Below, piece after piece: positions 10,492 to 23,289 of a stretch of DNA of 40,205 nt. Position 1 is the stretch's first letter. Every line of letters begins with the position of its first letter. The notes below the pieces were generated by a model. That model did not search any database. It was not told where the DNA came from and was given only the letters and a program-made list of their open reading frames with translations. Both the position numbers and the translations under genes were made by a program. This DNA is from Saprolegnia diclina VS20 (taxonomy: Eukaryota). The stretch covers positions 195,211 through 235,415 of the forward strand of contig NW_008246074.1 in assembly GCF_000281045.1 (NCBI RefSeq). The letters are read 5' to 3'.

Positions 10492-13400
10492 ATGCAGCTG
10501 CGCGTCGGCGTCCGGGTCGACGGCCTGTACGCGAGCGGCGACGTCTGGTTTCCCGGCACGATCGTCGACGCCAACGACGGGCTCTTCACCGTGCGCTACG
10601 ACGACGGCGAGGTCGAGGAGAGCGTGCCCGAGCACCTCCTCCGGCTGCACGAGGTCGGGACATGGACCGTCGGGTCGCGTGTGCTCGCCCGCTACAACGG
10701 CGACGACGACTTTTACGCTGGCACGATCACAGCAGTAGACGACGAGAACCGGGTGTACGACATCGCGTACGACGACGGCGAGGTCGAGGAGAACGTCTCG
10801 TATGCGTTCATCATGGACGAGGACCGGGCGCCATACTCGGCCCGCTCCGAGGCGTCGCTCATCGGCGGCGACGTGCCTTCGATTGCCGAGAACGACGATG
10901 AGCCTGCAACCGACGCGCCCGCGGTGCTGACGACACCGATGCCTCGCAGCAGTGAAGCGCCGGTGCCACTCGTTGAAGCCACACCTTCTGTAGAAGTGAC
11001 AACAGTGACAGTGACAAGAGACGACGCTCCAAGACTCGAGGTTGTTGCCGCTGCACCAAGTCCCGTACACGAGCCTAGCGTCACGGAGACCGTCGAGCCA
11101 ATCGCGTCTATCACGGCGGCGGAGCGCCACCCGCGCCCGCCGCCACACCGGGAGAGCGCACGCCAGAGCATGGACGAGGCGACGACGCACGGCGATGAGC
11201 CGCTAGCGACGCTGCTGCACTGCGACGTCGAGGTGCAAGCGCTTCTGAGCACGTTGGCCGAGCCCGTGACAAACAACGACAAGCTTCTTGTCGTCGTAGG
11301 CTCGGAAATGCATTTTTTGCTATCTCTGAGTCAATACGCTGTGTAGAAGAACACGCTTGCGCAGCTCTTGCACCAACTGCGCATGGCGCCGCATGTGACG
11401 ACCGACATTTGCGCGCAACACGGTGGCGAAGGCCGCCTCTTGCAGTGCATTCAAGACAACGTGCAGCACTCGATCCTGGTGTGCTTTTGCTTCGTCATCA
11501 TCCGTCGCCTCTGCTCCGTCTCGGACGTGGCGCTCGACACGTTCTTGTCACAAGACGTCCTGGGTGTCGTCGCCAACGTCATGGTTCTATGCCCCCAAGA
11601 CGCCGTGCTTCAGGTACCATTGGCATCGCGCTGCGACACACGCCGAAGCACATTGCATAGGCCTCGGCGTGCGGTGTCTTGGCGACGTTTGCGCGCGGCG
11701 CCGGCCTCGACCGCATGCTGCAGCTGCAGTTGGCCCAGCTGATTCTAACCGTCTTGCTCTTGCACCAGCCGCTCAACCACTATTCGCGTCAAGTCCACTA
11801 CTATGCATGCGAAGGTACGTCCAGGTGCCTCTACGATCTGGGCGCCAATGGTGGTGTAGTCCTACTGCGGCTTGCCGATACCAGCGACAAGCGCGTGCTC
11901 GCGCTCATGAGCGCCGTCGATGCTACGAACGGCTCGACCGCCATGCATTTGCTCGTCATCTTGCTTCGCCAAGGCCACCAGCACGAAGATCAAAAGGTGG
12001 CCTGCGCCGCCTGCACCCTAGTTCTCTGGTCCTCTGCCAAGATCTAACTGTGTCGCTGATTCTGTTTCTAGTTTGGCGGCCAAGGACCGAAAATGTGCCG
12101 AGGTACTGCGCGCGACCGAAGCGCTCACAGATATTTCGACAGTCATGGCCAAGTACCCCAACGACAATGGTAGCAATGCCGCGTGCTTTCCATTGTATGA
12201 CGTGGCGTAGGGATATCGCACTATTCGACCGTCGCGACGCGCGAGATTGCCCTGGCAACCATCAAGACCAACGGCCCGACCAAGGTCCATGAGAAAGCTG
12301 CAGCGATCCTCTCGACGTCCTCGACGACCGCGGCGCCGTCGAGCCACACTGCTGTCATGGCACCATCGAGCTCCAAGAAGCAGCTGCTCAAGCCGCCGAC
12401 GCCAACCAAGAAGAGCCAGGCGTTTTCGCGCAACAGCATTGCGCCCGCGCCTAAACTCAGTGCCAACGTGAACGCGAGCTTGAGCAAGATGCAAGTCATG
12501 GCACGCATGACGTCGCCCCTTGGAAATGCAGCGTCGACCGTGGTGGCGTCCAACCCGGTGCGGACGCCGCTCAAACCGTCGAGCCCCGACCGGCTCGTCA
12601 AGCACCACCGGTTCATTCCGTTTGAAGACAAGCTCGAGTGGCGACTGCTGCAAGCGACGCCCAAGAAGACAGTGCCGATGCCATCGCCCAGCGCGCGCAC
12701 GGTTGAGCGCGAGAACATCCTCATGCAGACGTACGGTGTCTCGACGTTGCGCGAGATGCATTTTCCGCCGTCCAAAGCAGCGTACGCCAAAGAAAAGTCG
12801 TCGCCAAAAACAAAGCCAGCGACGCCGCAGTCGCCACGCACGAGCTCCCCACCAAAGACATTTGGCTCGCCAGCGGTATCGGTCCGCAGCAGCCCGCGAC
12901 CGCCCAAAGTGCAGCCCACACGAGTTGCCCAAGAGCCGTCGACAGTGGTTGCTAAGCCCGCGTCGGGGCGCCCACCCAAGGAGCTGCCTCGGGCGGCACG
13001 ACAGCCCATCGTCAAGTACAAGGTTCAGATCGACGCCAAGCCGACGACGACCGAGACGACGCGGGCACCAAAGTCGACGACAAAGAAGAAGCTCAAGACG
13101 CTGACCGTGCGGCAGCAGTCGCTTCAAAAGATCAACCACCAAGAGATTTTGGACCAGCGGGCAATGAACCAGCTCGCGGCTCAGCTCTTTCATGAGCCAG
13201 CGTCGCCGGTACTGACGCCGACAAGTGCCGAGACAAAGCCGCCCGAGACAGGCCGTCGCAGCTTCTCGGACAAGCTCCACGAGATGATTCGAACGGCAGA
13301 GGAAGCGCTCTGTCGACCGCCCAGCGCGACCAACGTGCTCGCGGTGCGTGCTGCGACACCGCCGAGTCTTCAGTTTTCCGCGGCCGAGATCCCGCCCAAG

Positions 13401-16400
13401 CCCACGACCCCCAAGCCACCGGTCGTGCCCAAACCGGCGACGCCAGAGCCCGACACATTTTCGGTCGCAGGGCTCGGACGGCGAGGATCAAACTCGAGCT
13501 CGAGCTCCAACATGCTCGAAATGCGCCGAAACTCAATGGAGCGCCGCGCGTCGATTCAGAGCGACCGCCGGAAATCACTGGACCGTGGTCTCTCCAACGC
13601 GGAGCTACACCCAGCGTCTCACCCCGACCTCCACCCGACATCCAACAACGCCGAATCGCAACCGACGTCCAGTGATAGCGGACAAGACCTACAGGGCTAC
13701 GTTGCGTCGTTGGACCTGAAACCGGTCTTGCACCCAATGGATGCCTTTGGCACATCCCGGTCGGCCCCGGCAATGGCGCAGGAGCCAACGATCCCGACCG
13801 ACCGGACGGCGGTGAGCGAGCACCCGATGCATTTGGATATGGAGACGCCGCGCTTCGACGCTGAATTGGAGCTTCTGCACAACGACGACATGCCAGAGTC
13901 TGCGCGCGAGAGCGAGGATGGCGCCAAAGACGAAGGCGCCACATTGGAAGACAACGTTGCCGTTGCGGGGGCGTCGGCAAGCGGCGGCACCGAGACCGTG
14001 CTAGATACGTCGGCACCGGACGACGACGGCGACTATAACGACGACGAGTTTGAAGAAGCCGTCAATGAAAGCGGCGATGCGTCCGAGCCACCGGTCGACG
14101 CCGATGCATGCGCTCCCGAAGTCGATCACGATACACCGCGGTCGGGCACATCCGTGGACGAGCTTGATTCACAGCCCCTCGCAGACGTCGACGAGCCCCC
14201 CACCGATGTGATCGAGCCCCCCGCAGACGTCGACGAGCCCCTCGCAGATGTCGACGAGCCCCTCGCAGATGTCGACAAGGCTCTGGAAGTGGATGAGACG
14301 GTACCTGGCGGGTCGAAACAAAATGAAGTACCTGCAGCCGCGTCAGTGCATCAAGAAAGTGAAGCAGAGTATACTTGCGATGACAGTGCTGTCAACTCGG
14401 CTTCAGTGCTGGAATCCACCGAGACGCCGACAACTGAGCGAGACACCGCCGAGAGCACCGACGAGCAGGCCGGTGGGAGCCTCACGCAGCCCGACATAGC
14501 AGCCACCGATCCCAAAGTGGAACCCTCGCGTGCTGGCTTTGATGCGCCAGTCGTGGAGCCAGAAAGCGTTTCGTCGGAAGCCAATGTCGACGACAGCTCG
14601 TCAGAGAAAGCAACTGGTGTGCATGCAACGCCACGCAGCGACCTGCAAGGTGTGCCCGCAGAACCGAGCGACGCAGCCTCGGGTGACGACAAATACGCGC
14701 CGTGCACCGACGATCCAGTGCCGGCGCCGACGGCTTCCATTGAAGCAAATCCAGCGCTATTGGAGGCAACGACGGAAGTCGTCGCGGAGGGTACCGACGT
14801 AGCACCGAACGACGCCTCCGATCTTGCGCCAAGAGAAATGACCGCCGAGTCGGTGACAGAGAGTATCGATGTACCAGCGCCCGAGGCTGGCGTCAGTGAC
14901 AGCCAACGCATCGATGTCGATGCACAAGCAGCAGACGACGACACCAAAGTTGCGTCCGACGTCGTTGCTCGTGCGCCTGTCGCCACTGTCTTGGCCGTCG
15001 ACACACCATCCAACTTACCCCCCGAGATTGAATACGAAGAGGAAGTGTGGGCCGACGACATCGAAGATGGCGACGTCACAGCTACAACGAGCGACGCCGT
15101 GTCCATACCAAGTTTCGACGATACGCCGGCGCCAAAGAGCTCGGCGGGAAGCGATCCCTCGACGGACGCTGCTGTGTGTGGCCAAGATGGCATTGCTCAT
15201 GAGGACAATGCAGCAACCCATGCGCACGATATGGCGCCATCAGTGCTGGCGAGCGTCGGCACAGTGTCTCCAAACGATCGTAATCCGGATAGCGCTCTGA
15301 GTGAAGCCGCGCCAGTCCCGAGGGATGCAAGCCTACTTACAAGCGACGACGCACCAGTCGCTGTCGAAACCATTATTACAAATCCGCCAAGTCCTCGCGC
15401 TGAGAGCGCTGAGATCTCAACGCCTCGTTTCGAGCCCGTCGACGTGGCCCCGGCAGGCGTCATACCAAACGACGCTGACGGAGCGCCATTGGTCGCCCCC
15501 GACTCTCCATTGAACGCCGAAGCACCGACACACGTGGTGGTATCCGCTGCCAACACGGAGCCAACGACCGATGTTTGGGAGGGCGATGAGTACGTACCAA
15601 ACGACGCGGCGGTGGACGAAGTATTGGCAGGCCTCGTCGACGACTACGACAAGGCATCGTCGACCGCATCACTGGCGGACAACCCGCGTTTCGACAGCGA
15701 ATTCGAGGTTGACGACAGCGCCGCACCGACGACCTCCGAGCCTGAAGCACCGACAGTGGTGGCTGTCGTGGACCCTCCGCTCACCGCCCGGGAACCAGCG
15801 TCCGAGAGTGCAGCATCGCCGGAACCCGTCGTTTTGGAGTCGGTGGAGAAGGCTACACCACCGCTGGTCGATGACCCCGCGCTCGTGTCCGAACCGTCCA
15901 CACCACTCGTTACCAACCGCATGGACGAGGCCGAGACAACGTCGCTACAAGCTGGAGGCGAGCATACGCTCTCTACCACGTCGCTGGACGAGACCGAGCG
16001 CTTTGAGAGTGACTTTGAGCCCGTGGACGATGTCGTGGTACCCAGCAACGTCGTGACGGAGACAGGGTCGCTGCAAAACCCGGAAGAGCTGGAACTGCTC
16101 GCAGTTTCGACGGACGTCGCGGCACCGAAGTTAGAGGCGGCCCAAGAGGTTACCAAATCCAGCAACGCCAGCGACGAAGCACCGGCACTGCAGCTGCAAC
16201 CGACGTCGTCGACAGCGTCGCTTGAGGACTCGACGCGATTTGAGAGTGACTTTGAAGCGGACGACGCACCACCCGATGCAAATGTCGCGCCAGTCCAAGA
16301 GGTGGCGACGCTGTTGGAGAAGGAGAGCCCTATGAATGTACCGTCCAGCACACCAGAGCCACCAGAGACTGCAGAGAGCGAGCTACTGCCGAGTGCGACG

Positions 16401-17273
16401 ACGACCACCTCGGCCGCGGCAGAGATGCCTAGCTCCGACGCAATCACCGCCGATCCCGTCGAGGATACCGTACCCCGCCCTACCCCGTCGGTGACACCCG
16501 ATCATTGCGAATACGAAGAAGAGTATTTTGCCGAGTATGACGACGCACCGGTGACACCCGATGTCGCACGTGCCAGCACCGATGCCGAGGTTGATGCAGC
16601 GGCCGACCCGATGGCACCTGTGGAGATGCCGCCTTTGACCCTTCCCACACCTCGTGATGAGGAGGCAAGTCAAGACGAAACGGCGCGCTCACCACAACAC
16701 CATCCAGGCGTGGCGTCCGAGCCAGCTCTTGCGGATCTACCGACGCCTCGACCGACAACAGACGCTGGGGCCATCAACTTTGAACCCATCAACGCTACAG
16801 CCTCGATCAAAGCCACCATTATTCCCAGTTCAACCAGCGCAACCGACGATGCAGTCCACAACGATGTCTCTGCGCCTCCTCCATGTGTCTCTGCAGACCC
16901 GGTGCTCAAAGCCGTTGCGAGTCCAAGAGCCGTCGCTCCGCCCGACGCAGAAGATGCTGTGCCGGAGCTCTCCGCATCCGCACGTGTCGACGATTCCACC
17001 CCAAGCTCCGTCACATCAGACACCTTACCAAGTGCGCGACCTGTCGACGTGCCGGCTCTTGCGTTGCTAAGCCCGTCGCTCGATTCGGCGGCTACCAAAG
17101 TGTCTTTACCATCACAAACCAACGTGCCAACTACCACGCCACGGCCTCCGCCGGAATCGTCAAGGATACCCGCACCGCCCACCACCAACGACGACGTCCA
17201 AGCCGACGACGACGACGATGACAATGCGTACGCCGACGACGACGACTATGGCGACGACGACTTTGAAGACTAG
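10492..17273 (+). CDS. Large protein (roughly 2,100 aa): two N-terminal Tudor/SH3-like barrels, an ARM-like helical region, a basic P/K-rich region and a long acidic low-complexity tail
   Basis: Repeated barrels WFPGTIVD..FTVRYDDGEVEESV and FYAGTITAVD..YDIAYDDGEVEENV. Short introns (about 11296-11346, 11614-11660, 12170-12210 and others) join ARM-like exons (DAVLQ|ASACGVLATFA; VMAKYPNDN|GISHY) in frame with the 1638-aa ORF 12357..17273. Confidence 0.75.
14172..14279 (+). repeat. Coding minisatellite with a 21-bp unit, about 5 copies (PLADVDE / PPTDVIE / PPADVDE)
   Basis: Direct tandem units related to CCCCTCGCAGATGTCGACGAG are visible in the sequence. Confidence 0.85.
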
Positions 17274-17331
17274 TGTACAGTACCACGATCCATGTTGTGT
17301 AGTAGACACGCGTGCAAACATTGTCGACTGT

Positions 17332-19322
17332 TTATCGGCAGCAGCGGCAGAGGCGAATCTTGCCGTTGCGCCCCGGCAGTCCCGGCGCCGGTGGCAAATT
17401 CGGGGGCGCGTTGCCGTCGCGCTCGTGGCGCTTGATGCCGTGGACGTAGACGCTGTGGAGGACATCGGGCGCGAGCAACTTGGTCGCATCGGTCGCGACG
17501 TTGTGGTTGAGCACGACAAAGTCGGCGTAAAAACCGGCATCGAGGTGGCCCAAGCGCGTCTCCGCATTGGCCGCAAAGGCACCTACGCATCCCGACGACC
17601 TGTCATGCCACGTTAGCAACCAACGTCGTCACACACCGTTGAGCGTATAGAGCTGCAGTGCTGACGCAAACGTGAGTTGTTGCGCCGGCGAGTCCAAAAA
17701 GTTGCTCGTCCCCGGCGCAGCGCGGTGCATGGCGTCGTACAATCCTTGGAAGGGGTTGCTCGTCTCGATCGGCGCGTCGCTGCCGCCGGCACAGAGAATG
17801 CCGTGGTCCATCATGCGCTTCCTACACCAATTTTGTCTAGTTTTCAGCATTGCAGTGGAGAAAGGAGGAGAGACCAGCAGTACGAGTACGGGACGCAGGC
17901 CGGTGGCAGCCGCTTCTCGGCGAACGAGGCGTCCGTGATGACAAACGACGGCTGGATGTCGGCAATGACGCCGAGGCGCGCCATCTGGTCGAGCAGATCG
18001 GGCCCGAGAATCTGGCAGTGCGTCAGAATCGGACGATCGGCGGGCTCCAAGCCGGCACTCTCCATGGCGTGCAGCACTTGCGCCGCCGCGCGGTCGCCGA
18101 TCGCGTGGACCTCAAGGCGGTAGCCGGCCGCATGCGCCACTTGAATCTTGTGGAGCATCGACGCGTCCGACTCCATGAGTACGCCACGGTTGGACGTGTT
18201 GCGGTACGGTTCACGCAGCGCCGCCGTTTCCTAGTCAACGTCGCTGAGGCATGGTTGACGATACATGAAGCAAGTGTACGGCGCCGAGGGAGCCGTCCGA
18301 GAAGATTTTGACGCGGTCGCAGCTCAAGAGGCCGTCCTGTGTCTTGGGTGCGGGGATCGTTGTCTGGCCAATCTCGTTCTGGTCGGGCGTCACATATACG
18401 CGCAGTGGGACGCGGCCGGAAGCCTGGAGCTCTTGGTACAAGTACCACGCGTTGTGGTCGTTGGTGTGGACACCTGTCATATGGGATGGCATAAAGGAAT
18501 AGGATATGTTGGAAGATTACCAGTGAGACCGAATTCGAGGCACGTCTGGAGACCGCGCAAAAGGTACTTTTTACGTAGCTCTAAACACCGACGGAGGTTG
18601 TGCTATTGCAATCCCACAGCAATGTACCGTCCGACTGCTCTTGAATGAACTTGTGAACGAGCGACACGGCCTAGGGAACATGAGTCGTCGAGTATCGATC
18701 CTGGAGATGCTACAGCTTCGCGCAAGACGCCTGTGGGCTTGCCAGTGGCATCCATGTCGACGACGCCGCCTGGGATCGAGGTCCACGCCGCATCGATCGC
18801 ATCCCACTGAAGACCCGCAACCTCGAGCGCCTTGGAGTTGACAACGGCAATGTGCCAGCAGGCGCGCCAGAGGTACATGGGGCGACCTGGCACGATCGCG
18901 TCCAAGTCGAAGCGGGAGGGATACCGCGCGTCGGCCGACAGCTTGTCTTGCTCCCAGCCAAACCCGACGATCCACTCAATGTCGGGGTGCTTGGCCGCGT
19001 GCGCTTGGACGCGATCACGCAGCTCGTCAAATGACGCCGTTCCGCGCAGGTCGACGTAATGAGCGACCTCGCCGATAAGGTAGACATGAATGTGCGAGTC
19101 GTGAAGGCCCGGAAGCACGAGCTTGCCGTCCAAGTCGACGGTGGTGGTCGCCTTTGTGCGGATGAAGCCCGGCACGTCGCCCGACCCGACAGCCACGATC
19201 TCGCCTTTCGCTTCGTCAATGAGCATCCAGTTGGCATAACCCCGCGACTCGCGAGGCGCCGCGAACGTCGGCGCGCTGGCCCACTGCCAGATCAGTCCCT
19301 TCTCGAAAAGCTTCGTCGTCAT
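17332..19322 (-). CDS. Amidohydrolase-3 family metal-dependent hydrolase (YtcJ/LAF3-like); multi-exon
   Basis: VDLDGKLVLPGLHDSHIH (HxH metal motif), WIVGFGWEQD, HIAVVNSKAL, GKPTGVLRE, VKIFSDGSLGA, EVHAIGDRA, THCQIL, GGSDAPIE and ADFVVL. ATG (MTTKLFEKG) at 19322; ends ...KIRLCRCCR*. Confidence 0.9.
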
Positions 19323-19695
19323 TCCAATGACACGGCAAATATCCAAATGATCCACGTGCCGAATCCGCCGGGTTAGGCTCGGCATATTAATTTAGGCATT
19401 CGGCAGATGCCGAAACAAACGACGACGCCGCCAGAGCACACGTAGCTGCACGTAGCGTGGTCGGAGCCTCTGATCCCGGAGCGATACGTTGTTGAGTAGA
19501 AAAGTGGGTCATTTCTCGTGCATGGGTAGTACAGCTACAAGGCAGTGCTCCGTTGAGTGCTCAAGGACATGGCGTTTGTCGATAGTGCGCAGAATGCCGA
19601 AAATAAAGCGGTTCAACATGGCAACTTGATGTTATGGCGCCCTTGTTTCAGGTACCATATGCCTAAACAAAGGCGAAATCCGATTTCCAAAGATA

Positions 19696-19710
19696 CCATT
19701 TTCCAGTTTG
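19696..19710 (+). promoter_or_regulatory. Oomycete-type initiator + flanking promoter region (Inr/FPR)-like element
   Basis: CCATTTTCCAGTTTG resembles the oomycete core promoter consensus YCATTYYNCAWTTT (one mismatch) and lies 22 nt upstream of ATG 19733. Confidence 0.4.
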
Positions 19711-19732
19711 GATTTCACCTCGGAGCGCGCGC

Positions 19733-22700
19733 ATGAATTGGATCGCGAGCAGCAAGAACCGCGCGCTGCATGGGAAGCTCGCCCAGCGGAAGAGGAAGCA
19801 GTACAAGGGCGCGCAAGGAGCTCCTCCCCCGCGCGAGGTCCATGGGACGATGGTTCGCGAGCCTCGGACGACGACGATGGAAGCAGGGCCGGCGGCGATG
19901 CTAGCGCGGCCGACGGGAAGCTACCGCTTCGGCGCGATGGGAGCAAGACAGGAGAAGCATCAAGCACGCATCCCGAAGGACGACGTCCCGGACAAGAAGC
20001 CGTCCCCGATGCGCCCGACGTCGAGCTCCCCAGCGCGCATGATGCTTACCCCGGACCAAGCAATCCGTTGCTTCAAGTATGTCTCCCATCTTGCCTTCCC
20101 TTGGTCACGAAGATGACATGCTCTGCTGGTGCATGTAGCGAGGGCGAGGAAGTCGACGAAAAGGGTACGCATGCTACCTGGATGTCATGTACTCATCACC
20201 CACAAGGCAAGGCCATGACACCGGAACGCAAGCGGGTCGCGCCGTCAACGAACTCCCCGAAAAACCAAACGAGCCAACGTACAATGCCAATGCTTTCGTG
20301 TCGGAAGAAAGAAATGGATTTTCTAGGTTCAACAACGTCCTTCGTGCATGGGGCGTCCAGCGAGACAGGGAGGGGGCATCTCTCGGGCGCAAAGCCAGCG
20401 CCAAGTCGACTCTCGTTCTTCGATCACGTCTTTCCCGAACGTCGTGCACTCGTCGGAGATCAACCTTTCGTGTACCCATGCGACGAAGACGACTCGTTGG
20501 CATCGTCGGCGTCCTCAGCTTCTCTGCAATTGGTGTCGCCACGTTCGCAGCCTATGCTCATGGGCCACAGCGTGAGCACAACACCCATGTCTGGCAGCCC
20601 GTACAGCTTCCAAGGCCGTCGTCCTCGGGACACGACAAGCAGAGCGACGACAGATGACAATCCAGAAGAGAAGGCGCTCTATACCTCGATCGCCTCGTCC
20701 AGTACGTCAACCGTACGTTCCCCACATTCCATGTCAATTTGTCCTTAGACGCGTCGTCAACAAGCAATACAAGTCGACAAACTTCCAGTTCCATGAAATC
20801 AATGTCCGGCCGAGTCTTTACAAGTATGTGTGCTAGCGGGGCAACAAAAGCGGCAATATGGCCGAGCGCTCCGCGATCAACCGCCAAGCGCCAAGCGGTC
20901 AAAGACGAGCACCGAAGGTAGGACTTTTGTGGAGTCTGGTGCCCAAATCGTGATAGACTCCTCGCCCTCGCCATCACCACAACTCAACCTAAGCATTCGA
21001 CGTATGCTTCACTCTTGGTATTGAGAAGCGACATGTGTTGGCTAGAGGATACTGTGGAAGGTGAACTTGGTCAACTGACACTTTGGCACTTGGTATCAAG
21101 CGCTATGCAGCTGCTGCGAAGCGCCCATCTTTCCTGACGCACCGCGTCAGCAACAATCGTAACACTCGATTGCACGGATATATTGTTCCTATCGTGATGG
21201 GCTAACGTAGGCCTGCAAATCTTCCGAGACGAAGCGCCAGACTACACCGTGCGAAATGGTTTTGGTCAATCCGAGCCAAGTACGTTCTTCAAAGATGCAT
21301 GGGGTAAAAAAGAGAAAAACGTGTGTCTAGATGGACGGGATTGGCTTAATGAGGCCTCGCCACGGTTTTCAAATCATACGACCATACGTCCGTCGCCCAC
21401 CCAAGATACCGAGATGCAGTGGCAACCGTCCCCAACGCGCTTGTTATCTCCAAGCTCTTCCGACATTTCAACGCCGCCAATGATCGGACGGGACTATGTG
21501 CGCCCTTCATGGGCAGATGCATCGACATACCCAACCCAAGCTTCAATTGAGCCTCGCGCCATGGCCACCTACAACGACGCACGTAAGGGAACGACACGTC
21601 AAGCACGCCGGGTGATTACTGTCGACTTGGTTCATAGCTCCGTCTATGGCATCTTCGTCAGCTGACCGACATGGATTCAGCTTGCAATGGTCTCAACGAA
21701 GCACGGAAGCTTCTGGGTTATCAAGAATGCTCGACGGCACGAGCCAAAACGATCCATCACCGGGCTGGCATCATCGCGGAGTGCACCGACTGATATTGCG
21801 TGCTGAGAGCCCAAGCCCCGATGACCATCTAGGCTCTGGATGGAAGGGTAAGCTACATATTTATCGCGGGTACAAACTTCGCTAGGTCCGTACGTTGTGC
21901 CGCTGCAACCTAGCGCGAAGCATCCAGAGAAGTGGCATACGTCGCTGTTCAGGCAGTGTACCACGTCGAATGGTGCAACCGACAGTGCGAAGCCACGACA
22001 TGCAGTCATCAACGGTACTCATGCACAATCAGCACCGGGTCTAACGAGCGACTAGACGCTTCGTTTGCCAAACCTCATTGGATCAGGGCAAACAAGCCCG
22101 CAGTCGGTGAAGGTCAAGGTAACTAGAGACCCTCCGAGCGTACCATCACGAAACTCAAAGGCGGTCATCTTTGTGTCATCACTCGAAAAGTCGGGCCCCA
22201 TGATGAGATGTCCACGGTTGGGAAGCACCCCGCTCCAGGTTGTTTAAACAACATATTCCTTTGGCATGCTCATCACGCTCTAATGATTAGCTCCCGAGTC
22301 AGACCTCGTTGGCCGTTGGCAGTGGGCGAGGCATTTGGGCAAGCCTCGCAGTGAAACGTTTGTCGAGACATTCGCCCCAGCGACGACCATCGCTTCGAGT
22401 CGACACGCGCATGCGGTTTCAGGGGAGTCGGATACTCTTCTTTTCGAGCCAAACTTTCAAGGTCAAACCCACGCACCGCCACATAAGTCTTCTTGCAGCC
22501 GACCATCCTCATCAAGTTTCGATGCTCAACGTCCCTCGACCCCGGAAACTTGCACCCCGGCGTCCATCGTGCTGCACAACGAGCCTGAAATGACGGTCGG
22601 CACGATTCAGTTCACACAAGTCGCAGCAACCATCGCTGACGAAGCCCAGTCGACTGCGTCGTCCTGTTCAACTCCGTTGACGTCCCATGGATGCAACAGG

Positions 22701-23192
22701 GTCGTCAACCTCGATGAAGGTCAACCATCGCCTCATGGCGATGCACCAATTGAAGAAGCGCCGAGCCAACGTCGCCCCGAGCTAATGAGGCTCGAAGGCT
22801 TCTTAAGCAGCTGCACAGACGAGAGCGATTCCAGTCAACCAGAGGACACAGATGTGTATGCACCAACGCAACGGCTGGTGTATGCTTCGTCGCCTGAGAT
22901 ATCAGACTTGGACCAGCGTCAAGGTGATCAACCTTGTTCATCTCCGAACGAATTGGTTTAGAACGGAGCGCTTTATCTAGTGCCCACCAAATCCCAGACT
23001 CAAGGCTGTGTATCTTCTCCCGAGGCCAAGTTGTCGGTCGTCGCTGAAGGATCATGTCGCCCATGGGCCATGCAAGAGCGGACACGACGGATCTTGGCAA
23101 GCTTCTCTCGTGGTACACATACGAATATGACAGCCATGTTCATCGGTCAACGTAGAAAACGTGGCCGTCGCCCATGTCGATCCCACCTTTGA
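19733..23192 (+). CDS. Multi-exon, largely disordered S/T/P-rich hypothetical protein; N-terminus weakly HEIP1/REDIC1-like
   Basis: MNWIASSKNRALHGKLAQRKRKQY... GT-AG introns near 20077-20138 and just downstream link it to the frame of ORF 19708..20748. Later ORFs 21249..21665, 22335..22961 and 22980..23192 have similar low-complexity composition. Internal exon structure and 3' end are uncertain, and it could be more than one gene. Confidence 0.5.
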
Positions 23193-23289
23193 AGACGACG
23201 CGGCGTCGTTAGCGATCGTTCTGTGGACACTAGTGCAGTGCTACGCGCAATGTTGATGCGATTATATTCTTTCTATCTGCAAAACAGCG

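Noticed and set aside
14172..14279. Short repeats considered as a CRISPR-like array
   Set aside because: The units are contiguous, in frame and have no unique spacers; this is a coding minisatellite in a eukaryotic gene.
12018..17224. Several long minus-strand ORFs (420, 294, 280, 267 aa)
   Set aside because: Antisense to the GC-rich low-complexity + strand gene, with no recognisable motifs.
19708..20076. 5' part of the 346-aa ORF (MDFTSERAHEL...) as the gene start
   Set aside because: It begins at TTG overlapping the Inr-like element. The ATG at 19733 in another frame splices into the downstream part of this ORF and is the better start.
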